Shown piece by piece: positions 36,918 to 50,660 of a stretch of DNA of 64,000 nucleotides; the first letter of the stretch is position 1; every line of letters begins with the position of its first letter. The position numbers and the translations under genes were made by a program. The DNA comes from Massalongia carnosa (lineage: Eukaryota), in contig OZ287078.1 in NCBI GenBank assembly GCA_965645245.1, positions 62,001-126,000 on the forward strand, read 5' to 3'. Under the pieces are notes generated by a model. It was not told the origin of the DNA. It ran no database searches and saw only the letters and a program-made list of their open reading frames with translations.

Positions 36918-39900
36918 TGTTGAGTTAAATAGGTACGTAATAGTATGTGTGGGAAGGATTGATTATTCTATCTAGGTGGCTATCTACTATGTTTATATAG
37001 CTAGATAGATGAGAGATGAATAAACTAGAGAGCAGGCACAGCGGCAGGGCAGTTTTGCCTTGAATCTCCCTGCCGTACCAGCTCATTACCTAGCCGTGTG
37101 CGGATCACTTGAGATATTATTCCCAAGCCGTTATGTTGCCGTCTGGCACGGCACATAGGATGGCTGTCTCATCTAACACTTCCATTCAGCCATTCAGTGA
37201 GGCTATTTAGAGATTTTTATTAGTGATTTGCCCCATACCCATCATGTTTACGAAAGAGTTGAAAGTCTTAGAGGGCAGTGGCCTAGTCAGCCCATCTGCT
37301 ACCATTTCGTTAGTACGGATATACTCTATTTTGACCTTTCCCTCTTTGACTACGTCTCTTATCCAGTGCCACTTTATTTCGATATGTTTGGTTCTTCGGT
37401 GGAATTCAGGATTTTCGGTGAGAGCTATAGCACCTTGGTTATCTCCTCGCAGTAGAATTGGTAAATTGGCCTCCCGAAATCCCAGTTCGTTGAGAAAACG
37501 AGAGCACCATAGAGCTTCCTTGGTAGCCTCCGTTAATGCCATGTATTCTGCTTCGCAAGATGATAGCGCCACCGTAGGTTGTAGTTTTGATGAATGAGAT
37601 ATCGGAGCACCTGCTAACATGAAAACATACCCACCGGTAGATCTTCTCCCATCCTTTAGGCCAGCGAAGTCCGAGTCAGAATAGCCGCTTATATCCTCGT
37701 CAGAATCTCTCCGGAAAATCAGACCTCTTGTTAGGGTGCCCGAAATATATCGTAGCACTCTCTGTAGGTGGTTGCAGTGATCAGCACCTGGATTGGAGCA
37801 ATATCTGCTTAGAACTCCCATTGCATAGGCTATATCAGGCCTTGTATGCATTGCGGGCCACATGAGAGACCCTACCAGAGACTGATACCATGATATAGTC
37901 TCTTTATCAGCCTGGTCTTCGGATGGCATGAGAATGTTTCCGATTCCAGGCTCCATGGGGGTTGAAATAGGCTTGCAATTAGCCATATTAAACCGTTCGA
38001 GGATTTTCTTTAGATAAGTTGTTTGGCGGAGTGCGATAGTAGACCTATCTTTGCTAATGTCTACCTCGATGCCTAAATAGTGCGATACTTCTCCCAGATC
38101 CGTCATCTGGAATCACGACTTCAATTCAGCTTGGAGTTGCTGCAGTTTCAAAGTGTCTTTGCCCATGATGAAAAGATCATCCACATAGATGGCAATAAAC
38201 ATGTCTTCGGAAACAAACACTCCATGATCTGATTCGGTGTGTTTGAACCCTATCTTCTGGAGAAAATCCAATAGGGTTTGATACCAAACACGAGGAGATT
38301 GCTTTAGCCCATATAGAGCCTTTCGCAACAAGCAGACCTTCTGCTCTCCCCCTGCTACTTCGAACAGGGTTGGTTGGATGATATATATCTCTTCATCGAG
38401 ATATCCGTATAGGAAGGCAGTCACAACATCCATGTGTCGAATGGAGAGACCCCTTTTAGCACTGATTCCTATCAGTGTCTTATAGGAGATAGGTTTTACC
38501 ACGGTGGCAAAGGTGTCTAGGTAATCTAGGCCTTCTTTTTGCTTATATCCATGGACTACCCATCTTGCTTTATACTTCAATATATCTCCATTTCTATCCT
38601 TTATCAGCTTGAAAACCCACCGTCCTGTGATAGTTTTCCTATCCGTTGGAGCATCGGTTAAAGTCCAAGTTTCGTTATCCATCAGGGATTGGTACTCAGC
38701 TTCCATAGCTTTTCTCCATTCATCCCAGTGGGGGGAGGCCATAGCCTCTCTCAATGTTGCAGGTTCATCCTGCCCAGCAGTCTCCGATCCTCTGGCTAGT
38801 AAAGCTAGGACTCTTACCATATGCTCGTGGGATTTAGGGGTCTGGGTGCTGGTAAATGTGGTAACTTTTTTTACCAAATGGCCGTCGTTGGCCACTTTTG
38901 GCAGCGATTTCTTCGATATATCGTACCGAATAGTGTCTGCTGCAGGTTTGGAAGGATTTCGTAACCTTCCGGATCTCCTTGGTGCGGGAATTGAAGGCTG
39001 ATCTGGGTCAGATTCTTCAGATTCCTGGTCTCGATGATTGATATCATCATTGGCTGCCTCCGGAGCTGTTTCTCCCATTGGATAAGACTCGTTTCGAGGT
39101 TTCGTTAGCGATAATCGTTGTTGGCTGTTCAATGAACTAAGGGAATTTGATGCCGGATATAGCGGAGTGCTATTTTTATGTTTCAGATCTTCAAAGTCAT
39201 CTGGATCTTGAAAACAAGCATCATCATCTTCATCCCATGCTACATCAGCTAGGTCCCAGTCCTTCGTCTCTTTGGAATCATAGGTGTTCAGCTCATCTAC
39301 TTGTATATCACGAGAGATGTGAACTTTTCCGGTGCGAGGGTCATAGATTCGAAACTGATTCGTTCCATCGTATCCAACAAAGATCCCTTGCCAAGATCTA
39401 TCATCCAATTTGGTCCTTTTTTCCTTGGGAATATGCACCCACGTCCTCGAACCTATGATCCTTAAGTGGCTTAAGGTAGGCTTCTCCTTATTGAGGCGCT
39501 CATATGGTGTGATTTCATCGACGCCGGGACATCGATTCTTGATGTAGGCAGAGGTTTTGATTACCTCGCCCCAGAGTGATTTTGGGAGCTTTTTGGCTTT
39601 GAGCCAGCTCCTCGTTGGTGCCATCAGGGTGGAATTTTGCCGTTCGGCTCTCCCATTTTGTTCAGGCACATATGGAGCTCTGGCCTCCCATTGAATTCCT
39701 TCTTCTTTAAAAAAGGTTAGTAGCTCTGTGTTTACATACTCTCCCCCTCCATCCCCTCTGACGTGTTTGATCTTCTGGCCAGATTGCTTCTCTATCCAGG
39801 CCGTAAACTGTTTGAACTTGTCAAGTGTTTGGCCTTTGATCTTCAACAGAAATACCCATACGACGCCCGTTGCGTCATCCTTTAGGGTCATGAAATATCT

Positions 39901-41995
39901 CTCACCGTACCTGGTTGGTGTGTAAGGGCCTCCAAGATCTGTATGAATGATTCCCAGGAATTCTGGAGCTCGAGATCTTGGGCTCCTGTTTACCAGCCTT
40001 TGTTGCCTTCCAACCATGCAATCTCCGCAGATTTCTTCCGGAACGGGACCGATGATTGAGGCTCCTGTGGCCAGTTGGTTGAGCTTCAAAAGGTTGTGAT
40101 AACCAAGATGCCCCATACGGGCATGCCAGGTTTGAATGGAGATATTCTTGGTTGTTGCGAGAGCGCGAGAGTTGGGTGTGGTTTGGATAACATACTGGTT
40201 ATCGATCAGTTTGGCGTGGCCAATTACCTCCTCTTCGTAATAGATTTTGGAGAGTTCTCCCGCCTTTCGAAGGAAGATTTCCACTCCCTTTTGTGCTAGC
40301 CTAGCAGTGCTGATGAGATTGAAGTTCAGGTCAGGAGTGTACAGAACGTCTGTTAGAACAAACTCTCGAACACCTCCTGTTTCGTTCTTTAAGAATAAAG
40401 ACAAAGATCCTCTTCCTTCTATTTTCAGCACCTCTCCGGAGCCTGTTTCCAGTTTATTTGGCATAATCCGATAGGATCCGGGTTCGAAAAGGTCTTTGTT
40501 GCAAAGAGCATGGTCAGTAGCACCAGAATCTATCAATAAATCTACTGGTTTAGAGATGGGGATGGAGCGGTTGATGGTGCAGAGAAATTTCCTTGTCTGG
40601 AAAGTCTTGTTAATATTGGTTTCGGGGTGCTTGATATTAGAGCCATCCTCTTCAGCGGTGTCAGGGAAGACAAAGGAGTCTGTTGAAGGAGGAGAATGAG
40701 TGGTGAGTACGCAGAAGATTTTCTTCCTTTCGACATCCGAGTCATCGTCTTTCTCCTTTCCCCTTTTGCTATTGCAAGCTCTTTCAATATGCCCTATTTT
40801 TCCACATCCGGTGCACTTCGTTTTGTTGAATTTGCACGTATTGGAATGTTTGTTTCCACACCGATGACACTTATCTTTATCATCTAATTTTGTATCGGTG
40901 ACCTTACCTTTTCCTTTCTTCTTTACGAAGTTGGCAGTATCTTCGGTGGTAGTCTTCGTCCGAGATTCTTCATCTGCCAGGTTTTTAAGAAGGCTGCTTT
41001 TGTCAGGGAGCTCCTTGTCCCGGCGAGCATGTTCGTTGATGATGGTGAGATAGGTGGAGAAGTTGGATCCGAGTCCGTTCAACATTTTGAGAACGATCAT
41101 CTGTTTGATGGTGAGGGCACTATCTATCATCTCGGCCTCGATCTCCTCTATCAGGGCACCATATTCTTCGATGGACTTGCACTTCTCATAGTTAATCTCA
41201 TCTAACCTGTTGAAAGTAGCCCACTTCGAGCTCCAATTCTGTAGGGTGTAACGTGCCGCCAGATGTTTCCAGAGCTTTTGGGGGACTATGATGGTTATAT
41301 TTCCCAAAATAGAGAGGAATTCAGACTGCACATCCTTGGAGCACATTCTCCCTATTTTGCCTACCACTCTTTGTTCTTTCTCCTTAAACTCCATCAAATC
41401 AAGGCTGTTCTGCCTGATTTCCCGAATGCGGACGTCGTCATCTTTGTCCGTTGGTATCATTATCTCTGGCTTGATCCTATCTCCCGTTATATATCCCAGC
41501 AGCTCGGCTTCGCTGAGGGCGAACGACATATCGCGAGCCCATTGCTTATAGTTGGTGCTGCCGTTTAGCTTGGGGAAAGTGTAGGGGAGGTCTTCCTTTG
41601 CCATCTTGGAGCAAGGGGAGAAAAGCGAATGGAGAGAGAATGGGAATGGAAGTTTTTATATAAAGGAGGAGAGATAGGGAATCAATCGATACTATTTTAA
41701 AAGGGTGCAGTTAAGTGCAGCCGGGCTCAGAACCTGTTGAGTTAAATAGGTAGGTAATAGTATGTGTGGGAAGGATTGATTATTCTATCTAGGTGGCTAT
41801 CTACTATGTTTATATAGCTAGATAGATGAGAGATGAATAAGATAGAGAGCAGGCACAGCGGCAGGGCAGGTTTGCCTTGAATCTCCCTGCCGTACCACCT
41901 CATTACCTAGCCGTGTGCGGATCACTTGAGACGTTATTCCCAAGCCGTTATGTTGCCGTCTGGCACGGCACATAGGATGGCTGTCTCATCTAACA
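36918..41995 (-). mobile_element. Ty1/Copia LTR retrotransposon 4, older insertion
   Basis: 261-bp LTRs (36918-37178, 41735-41995) differing at ~7 positions. TSD AGAAG; PBS GGTTCTGAGCCCGG. Confidence 0.96.
37207..41604 (-). pseudogene. Copia gag-pol with one in-frame nonsense codon
   Basis: ORFs 38113-41604 and 37207-38106 share a frame and are separated by TGA (LKS*FQMTDLG). Motifs IDSGA, IYVDD, ADGLT. Confidence 0.93.
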
Positions 41996-42105
41996 AGAAG
42001 CACGAAGCATGGTGAAATGATGAGGTGGAAGATGGGGGGTTGATGAGTTGAAAACGCGAAATCACGAAAATCACGGGTTGGGCCGCAGACTTTTGGCACG
42101 GGACT

Positions 42106-45100
42106 TTTGCGGTAGGGCTCTCTGGCCTTTCAGGGTATTTCAAGGAGTTTAACATTCGGTTTCTCTTGGGAATTTGACGTGATGATGAATGAGAAGAGTT
42201 TTTGCTCCTGGCTGATAAATTAATGGCTAATTCTGTTTGATTGTTTTTGATTTCGATCAACAGCGCTTTCAACAGCTCACTTGTCTCTGATGAGAGAATG
42301 CCGGCTCTAAGATTTGTGATGAGCTCCTTGCCAAAGTCACAAGTCAATCGTAAATGATTCTCAAGCGAACAAGAAGTATACTCCTGGAAAACAAGCAACA
42401 TTTTAAGCCAAGATTTTAGCTGATCTCTCTTGTCAATATGAGTAATCTCAAATAACTCAAACTCCGATTCCAGTACGTCGAGTGATTTTTTTGAGCTCAA
42501 CACGAACACATTCAACTCCGAAACAACGAAACTAGTTAAGTTCATCTGACCTGAGCTAGCCTCAACCAGCTTCAAGATTTTTTTAAGAGTGCCGCTGATA
42601 TTTTTAACATAATTACGAACTTCTAAAACTTCCTCAACCGCGGAAGGTGAATCGGTTTGAGATTCCATATAGAACGTCAAAGTGTCGATATTAATAGACC
42701 GTGGTTCAAGCCAATTCCCGAAGTAAGATCCTGTTGAAGGAAAAGCACGTGATTTCGGACTAATAACCGAGGCCTCGATCTTTCAGATGCTATTTCTTTC
42801 TATGCCATATATCTGATTTCTAATACTCAATGATTTCAAAGCATTGTACCTCGCATGGGTTCCGGATCACTAATGATCTATTAGTAAATAGAAGTGGCTG
42901 GAAGATATCTAGATTATGAAAGAATGTGGCGAAATGGTCTATATAGCTAGCTAGAATTTCCAGTTTAGATAGACAAGGAGAACATCATTTTCCAGATCAA
43001 TAAGAACGGTCCGACACAAAGCAACTATTACGTCTTCGCATTGCCTTATTCTTTCACGAGCATTTTTGAAGACACTGTCGGATTGAATCAACTGTAACTC
43101 CTCTTCGACGCTGACTGTTTGCGACAAGAAATTAAGTGGATGGTACCCTGACTGAGAATTAGATCTCTGGCGCAGCCTCTTATATTGGAGATAGCGTTGT
43201 TTTGAGCGTTTTCTGTGTACGTCTGTCTCAACCTTATCCAGTGAAGCAGATCTCTCCAAAGGTAGGCCTTCGCTTGGTAGTATACTGTCAGGGCTCGGGG
43301 CCTGAGCTGAGCTACTTATGTATCGACCAGCTATGTCACTCAGTCTACTGGCATCTGAATGAGAACAACTACCTTGAGTGTTATCATCCCGGAGATCACG
43401 AGTTGGTTTTTCGTGGCGAGGCTTGATAGACACTTCATACTTTACCGCTATCAAATGAGCTCTAGTCGGACTTTGTGCTTTCTCACCTGGTTTGAGTATA
43501 TCTGGGTCGGAGAACGATCTCCGCCGCTTTGCGAGAATTGTTGATTTAGCACACGAATTTGACATAGAACATTGCTCGCATAGTGGTTCTTCTTTTCTCG
43601 GGTTTCTTCTTTCGAACGACTTGATAGAGGCTATTGAAGTTTGTGAAGATTCAGACCTGTCGGATTCGAACAAGTCAAAATTCTTTGTTGTTTTTCTCGC
43701 CTCTGTTAATTGCAACAAATTAATGATGATTTTCATGATAACTAATGCTAATCATCATCTTTGAGAATAAGAAAACTCCAAGATTATCAGATATTCGTCG
43801 GATTTAAAAACTTCCCAGTAGATAGAATCGAATTTACACGTACCACGAAGCTCTCGAGTTCTTATGTGATAAGCCTCTACCTTCTTTCGGTCGAGGAGAC
43901 GCCGCACTATAATATAGCCCTCACGCTCTGAGAAACTCTCGTCACCTTCCTTTGAGGCCGCCGGATTGACAAACTTGCGATCAATTCTAGTCCAACGCGC
44001 CCCTGGAGGAATGCGTTTGTCTAATCTTTCAAGTGGCTCAACACCTTTTCAAGTTAACGAAAGAGACTTATATCTTAGCCTTGACTACATATCTTCTGTA
44101 GAAACTGTGTTTTGAGTCGTACTTCTTTTGATGTGTAATCCCCCTCGGGGATATATCGACTTTTTAAAACCATCGTTTGCACAGGTCGTTGATTCTTAAG
44201 ATTTATCCGTACTTTATGATTCTCCTGTTTCGAAATGCTGGAGTCAGAGAAGCTATCACTAGATGGAGTTCTACAGTTTTCGGTATTCCTGATCCTTTGG
44301 AGGCTAATAGAGCTGATATTTGAATTTCTTCGTTGTCTTCGTTTGTTTGTATAACGGAATTCTTTCTGAGTCAGACATGAAGTTCTAGCTCGTTCTGCTC
44401 GTCGACTTTTCACAATCTCCTGCCACTTTTCGGAGAGCTGCTTTGCCCGAACATTCGCCAGAATTTTTTCTTTCTCTGTACTGTTATCCGTCAAAATTTT
44501 CAGCGGAATCGGCATTGTTTCTGAAGTTCGATTGTTCAACAGCAGGAGTTGATGGTGGGCAGGGTTAGGAATGACATCCATATCGAGTTCATTATTTGTC
44601 AACTCCTCTTGAATGTTAAGATCATGTTTGAACGCCTCGCCAGGAGGATCGGATTCATTTACGTTTGATTGCATGCTCGGCACGATAAAATGGTATCTGA
44701 AAAACTTTGATTTGGGTAATTTCATGTTTAATTGACCGTACGAGCCCCTGGTGTCAATGGCAGACGTGAATGACCGATCTCCATCTTGTTGACGACGTAA
44801 CACTGGAGCCGTTTGACCACCCAGGTTGTTTGTAGCGAACGTGCTGGTTGGGGTTCTCAACTCATTCTTCGTATCAGATTCATTGGATTGCAGTCCATCA
44901 CCAACATCAGCATCTTGAAGCCATCTGCGTGTCACGGTGCGAGGGCGTGTAGTAATTCAGGTGGTGCAAACGTGAGGCTTGATTGTCTAGCTAAATAGAC
45001 AAGACGTTCGACAAGGAGAAAGAAACAGGAGATCAAAAAGACACGCCTATAACCCCGATAACTAAGCTAGTCCACCTTCGGGCGTAGCCTCTTGATTACC

Positions 45101-46052
45101 ATGTTCATGCTTTCGGCATGGACTTCCGCAATGTCATTACCTCATGACTGTTCTTAGCACCTTCGGAATGCTAGTTCTTCCCGTTCCGATGTGACACGTG
45201 CTTCATCACTTCGGTGACACTGCGAAGCTTTTGTCTGGCATGTTTCTTCTGGTGTTTTACGATTCTTCTATCACCTGATAATCTAGCCCAAGGTCCCTCA
45301 TCCTCCTCAAAATGCCTTCGAGCTCGCCGGTTATATTGAAAGCCAGCTACAGTCGTAACGTCCCACATCCGAGCCATCCAACAAGGATTTATAGTACCGT
45401 TGTTAATCCGAAGTCCATGCTTTTCATGAGACTGCCTTGGCGCAAAATGAATTAGAGCTCCTAATATAGGATGGCGTGAGCTTATGATGGTGCCCGCCGA
45501 GCCCTGCATTGATAGAGACTGGTTTTGAAAAGAGACGTCGGTGCACTCCATTCCTGCCATTATAGCGACGGTGATGACGTCTCTCATGGACAGTTGCATT
45601 GACACGACTGGTAAATCAGTCGGGCATCTGTCTGTGTCGCCTTCAATCATCTCGTAATGCAATGATTTCCCGCTTGAGTGTTGAATCACTCTGGAGAAAG
45701 ATACCCATGAAGCCTCTCCACAATTATTGCGATACAATTCTTGTTTCGATATATCGTAGTGACCAGCAGTAAGTTGATAGAAGCGATTTTTGTGCCCCGC
45801 AATTGGCGAACTCAGTTCAGGAAGAGTCAAACTGCTCTTTGCGTCAAATGAGGGACGCTCAGAGATGCTGGACCAAAGATGCGATGGCAAGTTGATTTGA
45901 GGAATGGAATATACGATCCGAAACCGAAATTGCGAAAACTGCCATACGCGACGGCCTTGTCCAGGCATCTTCCCATACACGACGGAGTCGCAAAGGCGGA
46001 TGAGTTGACCGCTCACCACATATTGTTGTATGGCCTGAGCAAGCGTTACAAT
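42106..46052 (-). pseudogene. large multi-exon gene with a MOD-A/'modin'-like N-terminal domain, 5'-truncated by a MULE
   Basis: 45171-46052 encodes LAQAIQQYVVSGQLIRLCDSVVYG...QFRFRIVYSIPQI, EASWVSF and DRCPTDLPV...DVITVAIMAGM, resembling modin-family motifs as I recall them. Downstream low-complexity ORFs 44075-44935, 42951-43736 and 42106-42680 lie on the same strand; their linkage into one gene is inferred. Confidence 0.5.
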
Positions 46053-49000
46053 CGAGGTGCTTAGGGACAGTCCCCCCCCGACCGTCCCCCCCCCCCCCCC
46101 CTTGTGTAAATCTTTGCTAGTAAACAGCCATTTCACTGCTTATCCAGGGTGCGTACAAGCTAGTAACTAATGCAACTGCCAACAGCACATTAAACTCTTT
46201 TCGGTTTAAATCGTATGACGTGTTATTGCTACTAGTAATTACCCTACTCGGTCTGATAAAGCATACCCTCACCCCCACCCTCACCCTCACCCTCACTTAC
46301 CATTTGCCCTTGCCCTTGTCCTAACCCTTTGCCCTCCCTAAATCTCCCCTTCCACTTATGCTATACCTCATATTATATATTTTACTACTCCTCATCGCGA
46401 TGGAGTTCGATCCCACTTCTTTGGATGCACGGAAGCAACATGCCATTGCCCTTCTACCCCCACCTCACCTCCTCCCTCCGCAAGAGAATGAGTTATTTTC
46501 GTCTTGGGAGGAGGCAAAGACTCGTCTTCAAGACTATGCCTTCACCCAAGGCTTCGCGTTGGTCACAGAAACTCACGATAAGAAAAACCATTTAATCGTA
46601 TTAGACTGCACACGCCACCACAAAAGAGTTAGAAACACTAGAAAAGTAGAGGAGGAAGACCGGGTGCGAGCCAATACCAAAGTTTCGTTCAATGAGTGCC
46701 CTTATCGCCTCCGTCTCAAAAGAAACAAAGACAATGCATGGAGACTAATAGTCACTAACTCCGAGCACAATCATGAGATGGCCACTGATCCCTTTGCATT
46801 CAGAGAACATCATAGTAGGGACCCTGATCGAACAGATGCCCTAGATCAAGGGAAGAGTCTCCGTGCATCGTCAACCCAATATGGCCAAGCAGCGAGAATA
46901 TTAGGAATCCAAGGACTCCGTCTGTCGAGGAGCGATTATTATAATCTCGCTCATTCGGAGGGAGCTCACACGCCTGAAGAAGAGCTTCTTTTGGCCTTAG
47001 GCTCGTTGAAAGGCAGGGGCTTTCATGTACGGTGTAAGGAAAAATCTATTGTTAAGAATAATGTGCGTGAGAGACGGGTGATAGAACATTTTTTTTTTTG
47101 CAATGCAGAGCAAATTAGGCTGGCTCGACGTTTCGTGGGTGGGGTTTTATTAGAAACGGATGCAACGTTCAATACTAATAAATTGAACTTGCCTTTATCC
47201 GTTTTGGTTGGAATCACTAACACCGACCTTTCGTTTCCCGTCGCTTATTGCTATATAACTTCCGAATCGGCCGAATGTTTCACTTTTATTTTCGAATGTA
47301 TGAAAGAGTTGATTTTTCATGATGATTGCCCCGGGCCTGGGGTGATTCTCGGGGATTTTGCAGCTGGGTTGACTGTAGCCATGCAAAGAAAAGCTAAAGC
47401 TCCGGCAATTGATCTCGATGCTGCATTGACCATTGCAAGAGAGGTCGCCGAAAATCTAAACCAATCAACGATGAAAGCGGGCGAGGAGAGATGCGTTTTG
47501 CAGCTGTGCACGTGGCATGCGGCCGAGGCAATAAAAAAACGACTGATCAAGGCAGGAAAATATCCCCAAGAAGTGCGCAAAAAGCTGGAGACTCTGATTT
47601 GGGATTATATAAAATCCCCCACTATTGATGAGTTGGATGAGAGACGAAGAAAGTTGCTGAATGAACTTCATCCCGCAGAAAAGGTTAGTACTGATATATC
47701 AAATTAAATTTCAAGCGAGTTAGGGCTACTGCTAACCCTACCTCTTTCGCAGGATTATCTCTTGAATTTCTATCAACGTCAAGAAATTCAATTCGTGCAG
47801 GCATATACTACTAAACTCCCTAATTTAGGCGCACACAGCACACAGCGTTCAGAAGGTCTACATTCATTGGTTAAAAATGTGACCAATAGAAATACTCCTA
47901 TAAGACAATCGGTGCAGAAAATATGTGATGAGGTGCGGAAAAAACAATTAGATCAGGAGATTTTGTGCAATCAACAGCGAATACGCAATCCTAGATTGAT
48001 CGATAGAAATGCTTTTACGTTACTCATTGGGAAAATTACGCATCATGCCATTGGCCTCGTTTCAAGAGAACTCGATGCCGCCAAATCATTTGCTGAACGA
48101 ATCCTTTCTATTGTCCCTGATGGTGGAAGCTGTGTTTATGGTTGTGAGTTGCCTTTAAGGTACGGTCTCCCATGCAAATGCTGGTTGTATAAATGCATCA
48201 TCGACTCGGTCCCTATTCCCGTTTCCCTCATCCACCCCCGCTGGTTTTTTGATGGCCCATCTTATGCGGTCTCTTGGCAAATGACCTTCGATTTCGCTCG
48301 CGGCTCGGAGCCCGAGGTCGAAAAGATCGTCGATGAGGTCGAAGGGACGGGAGAGATTGAGGCGGATAAGGATGAGGTCGAGCTCGAAGAAGGCGTGTTG
48401 AGTGAGGATAGATTTCGCCGCGGGGGCCTTGATTTGCTACATTCTGTGGCATATCAATCTATTGACCTGCATCAATCAATAGAAGATTCTCATCGAAGGG
48501 AGGAGTACGCTCGCGAGCATGCTCACATCGTTGAAAAGTTCAATAAGAAATGGCAAAAGAAGGAGCTGGTAAGACCTCTCATCCCCACCACATTCCCCGA
48601 CGAAATTCGGCCCAAAGAAAACCTCATGTATAAGAAAGGAGGGAGTCGTCGACGTGCCTACACTGGTCGCGAGGCAGCTGAGGCTAGAGAAACTGAACAG
48701 CGACGTACTAGGCGAAGGGACTCTATTGAACAAGGGAGGAGGCTTAGATATAATAGATTGCGTGCTGGGGGCGACGATGAGGTTGAAGGTGAAACAAAAG
48801 GTAAAATTCACGATGGTGGAAAGTTATTGCGCTCGGGTCGGCTAATATTGGGTACAATAGGTTTAGGAGAAAACTTAGTTATGGAGAGAATCGAAAACGC
48901 GTCTATCGTCTCCGACGACGATGACGAGGTGCAGTATATAAGCACTCAGCCCATTCTCGGTCGTTCTATGGACCCTATGCTTCCTTCGGATGACGAAAAT

Positions 49001-49551
49001 GATATTATTCTTACATCAGAAGCCTCGTCGGATTCGCTCGAAGATATTGACGATGTGCTTGCCAAGCATAGTCAAAAAGCCCTACCTCAGGCAGCGCTGG
49101 CTCCATCTCTTTATAGTCTTAGCCAAAACGAGCGCGCCAGTCAAATTCTCCCTACTTCCTCGGCAACAACGCGAAGGTCTCGGGGTGTGGCGAAGAAATC
49201 AAAGGCTCAGTTGGAGTTGGAATCTCAGCAAAGAGTCGAGAAATCAGTCAAACAGGCTAGGGCTCAAGCGAGAAAGGAAACGGCAATGAGAAAGGTGGCA
49301 AAAACCATGAAGCCTAGAAAAGATGATGTATCGCAATTGGCTGACGAGTTTTTGGAGTTGAAGTCATCGCAATCGGTAGATTTGTAGGTGTGGAATACAC
49401 TTAGTCAGTAACAGCAACATTATTAATACGTAGTGTAACTGCTAGCTTGTACGCACCCTGGATGAGTAGTAAAAAGGCTGTTTACTAGTAAATATTTACA
49501 CAGGGGGGGGGGGGGGGGACGGTCGGGGGGGGACTGTCCCTAAGCATCTCG
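46053..49551 (+). mobile_element. Mutator-like (MULE) transposon 2, apparently autonomous
   Basis: ~110-bp TIRs (CGAGGTGCTTAGGGACAGTCC... / ...GGACTGTCCCTAAGCATCTCG). The flanks do not form a TSD. Confidence 0.93.
46400..49387 (+). CDS. MULE transposase, two exons (46400-47683, 47753-49387)
   Basis: FAR1-like C..HNH, DATFNTN, LGDF, LCTWH, RSEG and SWIM-like CELPLRYGLPCKC. Phase-0 intron GTTAGT...GCTAAC...CAG at 47684-47752. Confidence 0.92.
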
Positions 49552-50660
49552 GTTCCACCATAGGAGACACTTTGAAGAAGGCTACAACACGCGACGACTA
49601 CAAATCGGAAGTACGATCTGGTCGGCCCAAAATAACCACAGCACGAGAAGATCGTCATTCGATTTGAGCAGCGATTAAATCGGGGTCAAAGGGTCGTCGA
49701 CAGCCTCTGGGGGAGTTGCAAGCTAAAATTATGCCCGATGTTTCTCGAGCCACCATGAAATGACGTCTTCGAGATCAAAACGTTCGCAAATGGCGCGCAG
49801 CTAATCGTACGATGTTAACGAAAACTCATATTGCTAATCGGCTGGGCTGGGCACGTCAATATGAGGATGTTTCGGAGGATGAGTGGGCTCAAGTGTGTTG
49901 GTCTGATGAGATGTCAGTTTGCAAACAGGATGGGAGTGAGAACGTGTGGGTTTTTCGACTTCCAAATGAGAAATGGGATCAAGAAAGCTTCGAACCAGTC
50001 AACAATGGATCGAGAGTCACAAAGATGTTCTGTGGCTGCTTTGCAGGCAATCGACGGGGTGGTTTGACCTCGTTGGAGCCCGATCCAGATCATACGGGAA
50101 AGAAAGGTATCACAGGGTTGATTATACTCGAGGCTTATAAACAACATCTTCCTACCATGCTCGATGACGATTCGGGCATTTTTTTCATGCAAGATGGAGC
50201 TAAAACACACAAAATTCGAGAGACAATGGACTGGTTCAAAGAAAAGGGGTACACGGTCATGGATTGGCCGGCCTACTCCCCCGATTTGAACCTCATCGAG
50301 ATGATATAGAAGAAAGTGAAGAACATAGTCTTTAGAAGACACCCCGAATTACGCATTCTGTCAGCAAGTGCCCCAAAAATTCAAGAGGCCATTGTTGATG
50401 CTGTCTTGGAGGCATGGGACTACATAACGGCGGCGTTTTTGGAAAGTTTAATGCGGTCAATGCCTCGTCGAGTGCAAGAAGTCCTGAATGCAAATGGAGG
50501 TTATACTAAATATTAGTTATATGTAAACAAATAATACATGTAAACAAATAATCGCATCATTTTACTGAAACGTTGATTTTGTAACAGCAACAATAGATAA
50601 TTTATACTGCTATGAAATTCGTTTAAATTCGCCTATCCGGACACTAACGACCTACCATAA
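49552..50660 (+). mobile_element. 5'-truncated Tc1 element 3 (transposase pseudogene ending at 50516)
   Basis: SGRPK, WSDE, MQDGA, YSPDLNLIE and GGYTKY, with stops. Begins abruptly at the MULE TIR; 3' end approximate. Confidence 0.85.

Larger units (their letters stand above)
35843..42010 (-). pseudogene. Tc1 DD34E transposase
   Basis: ATG at 42010 (MLRAS|LTPISG across the TSD). Motifs WSDE, MQDNA, SPDLNPIE and GWYTKY; frameshift ~36400. Confidence 0.9.
35695..42105 (-). mobile_element. Tc1/mariner element 2, hosting Copia 4
   Basis: TA|CAGTACTAGGCCAAAAGTCTGCG at the left end and CGCAGACTTTTGGCACGGGACT at the right end, where the terminal G and TA are missing. Confidence 0.85.

Noticed and set aside
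38107..38115. Programmed stop read-through in Copia 4
   Set aside because: The stop lies within RT at a probable Arg codon in an element with diverged LTRs, so a simple nonsense mutation is more likely.
6467..41568. Many short antisense ORFs over retrotransposon pol genes
   Set aside because: Shadow ORFs with no independent motifs.
46053..46136. Gly-rich N-terminus of ORF 45171-46136
   Set aside because: It is a translation of the MULE TIR C-tract.
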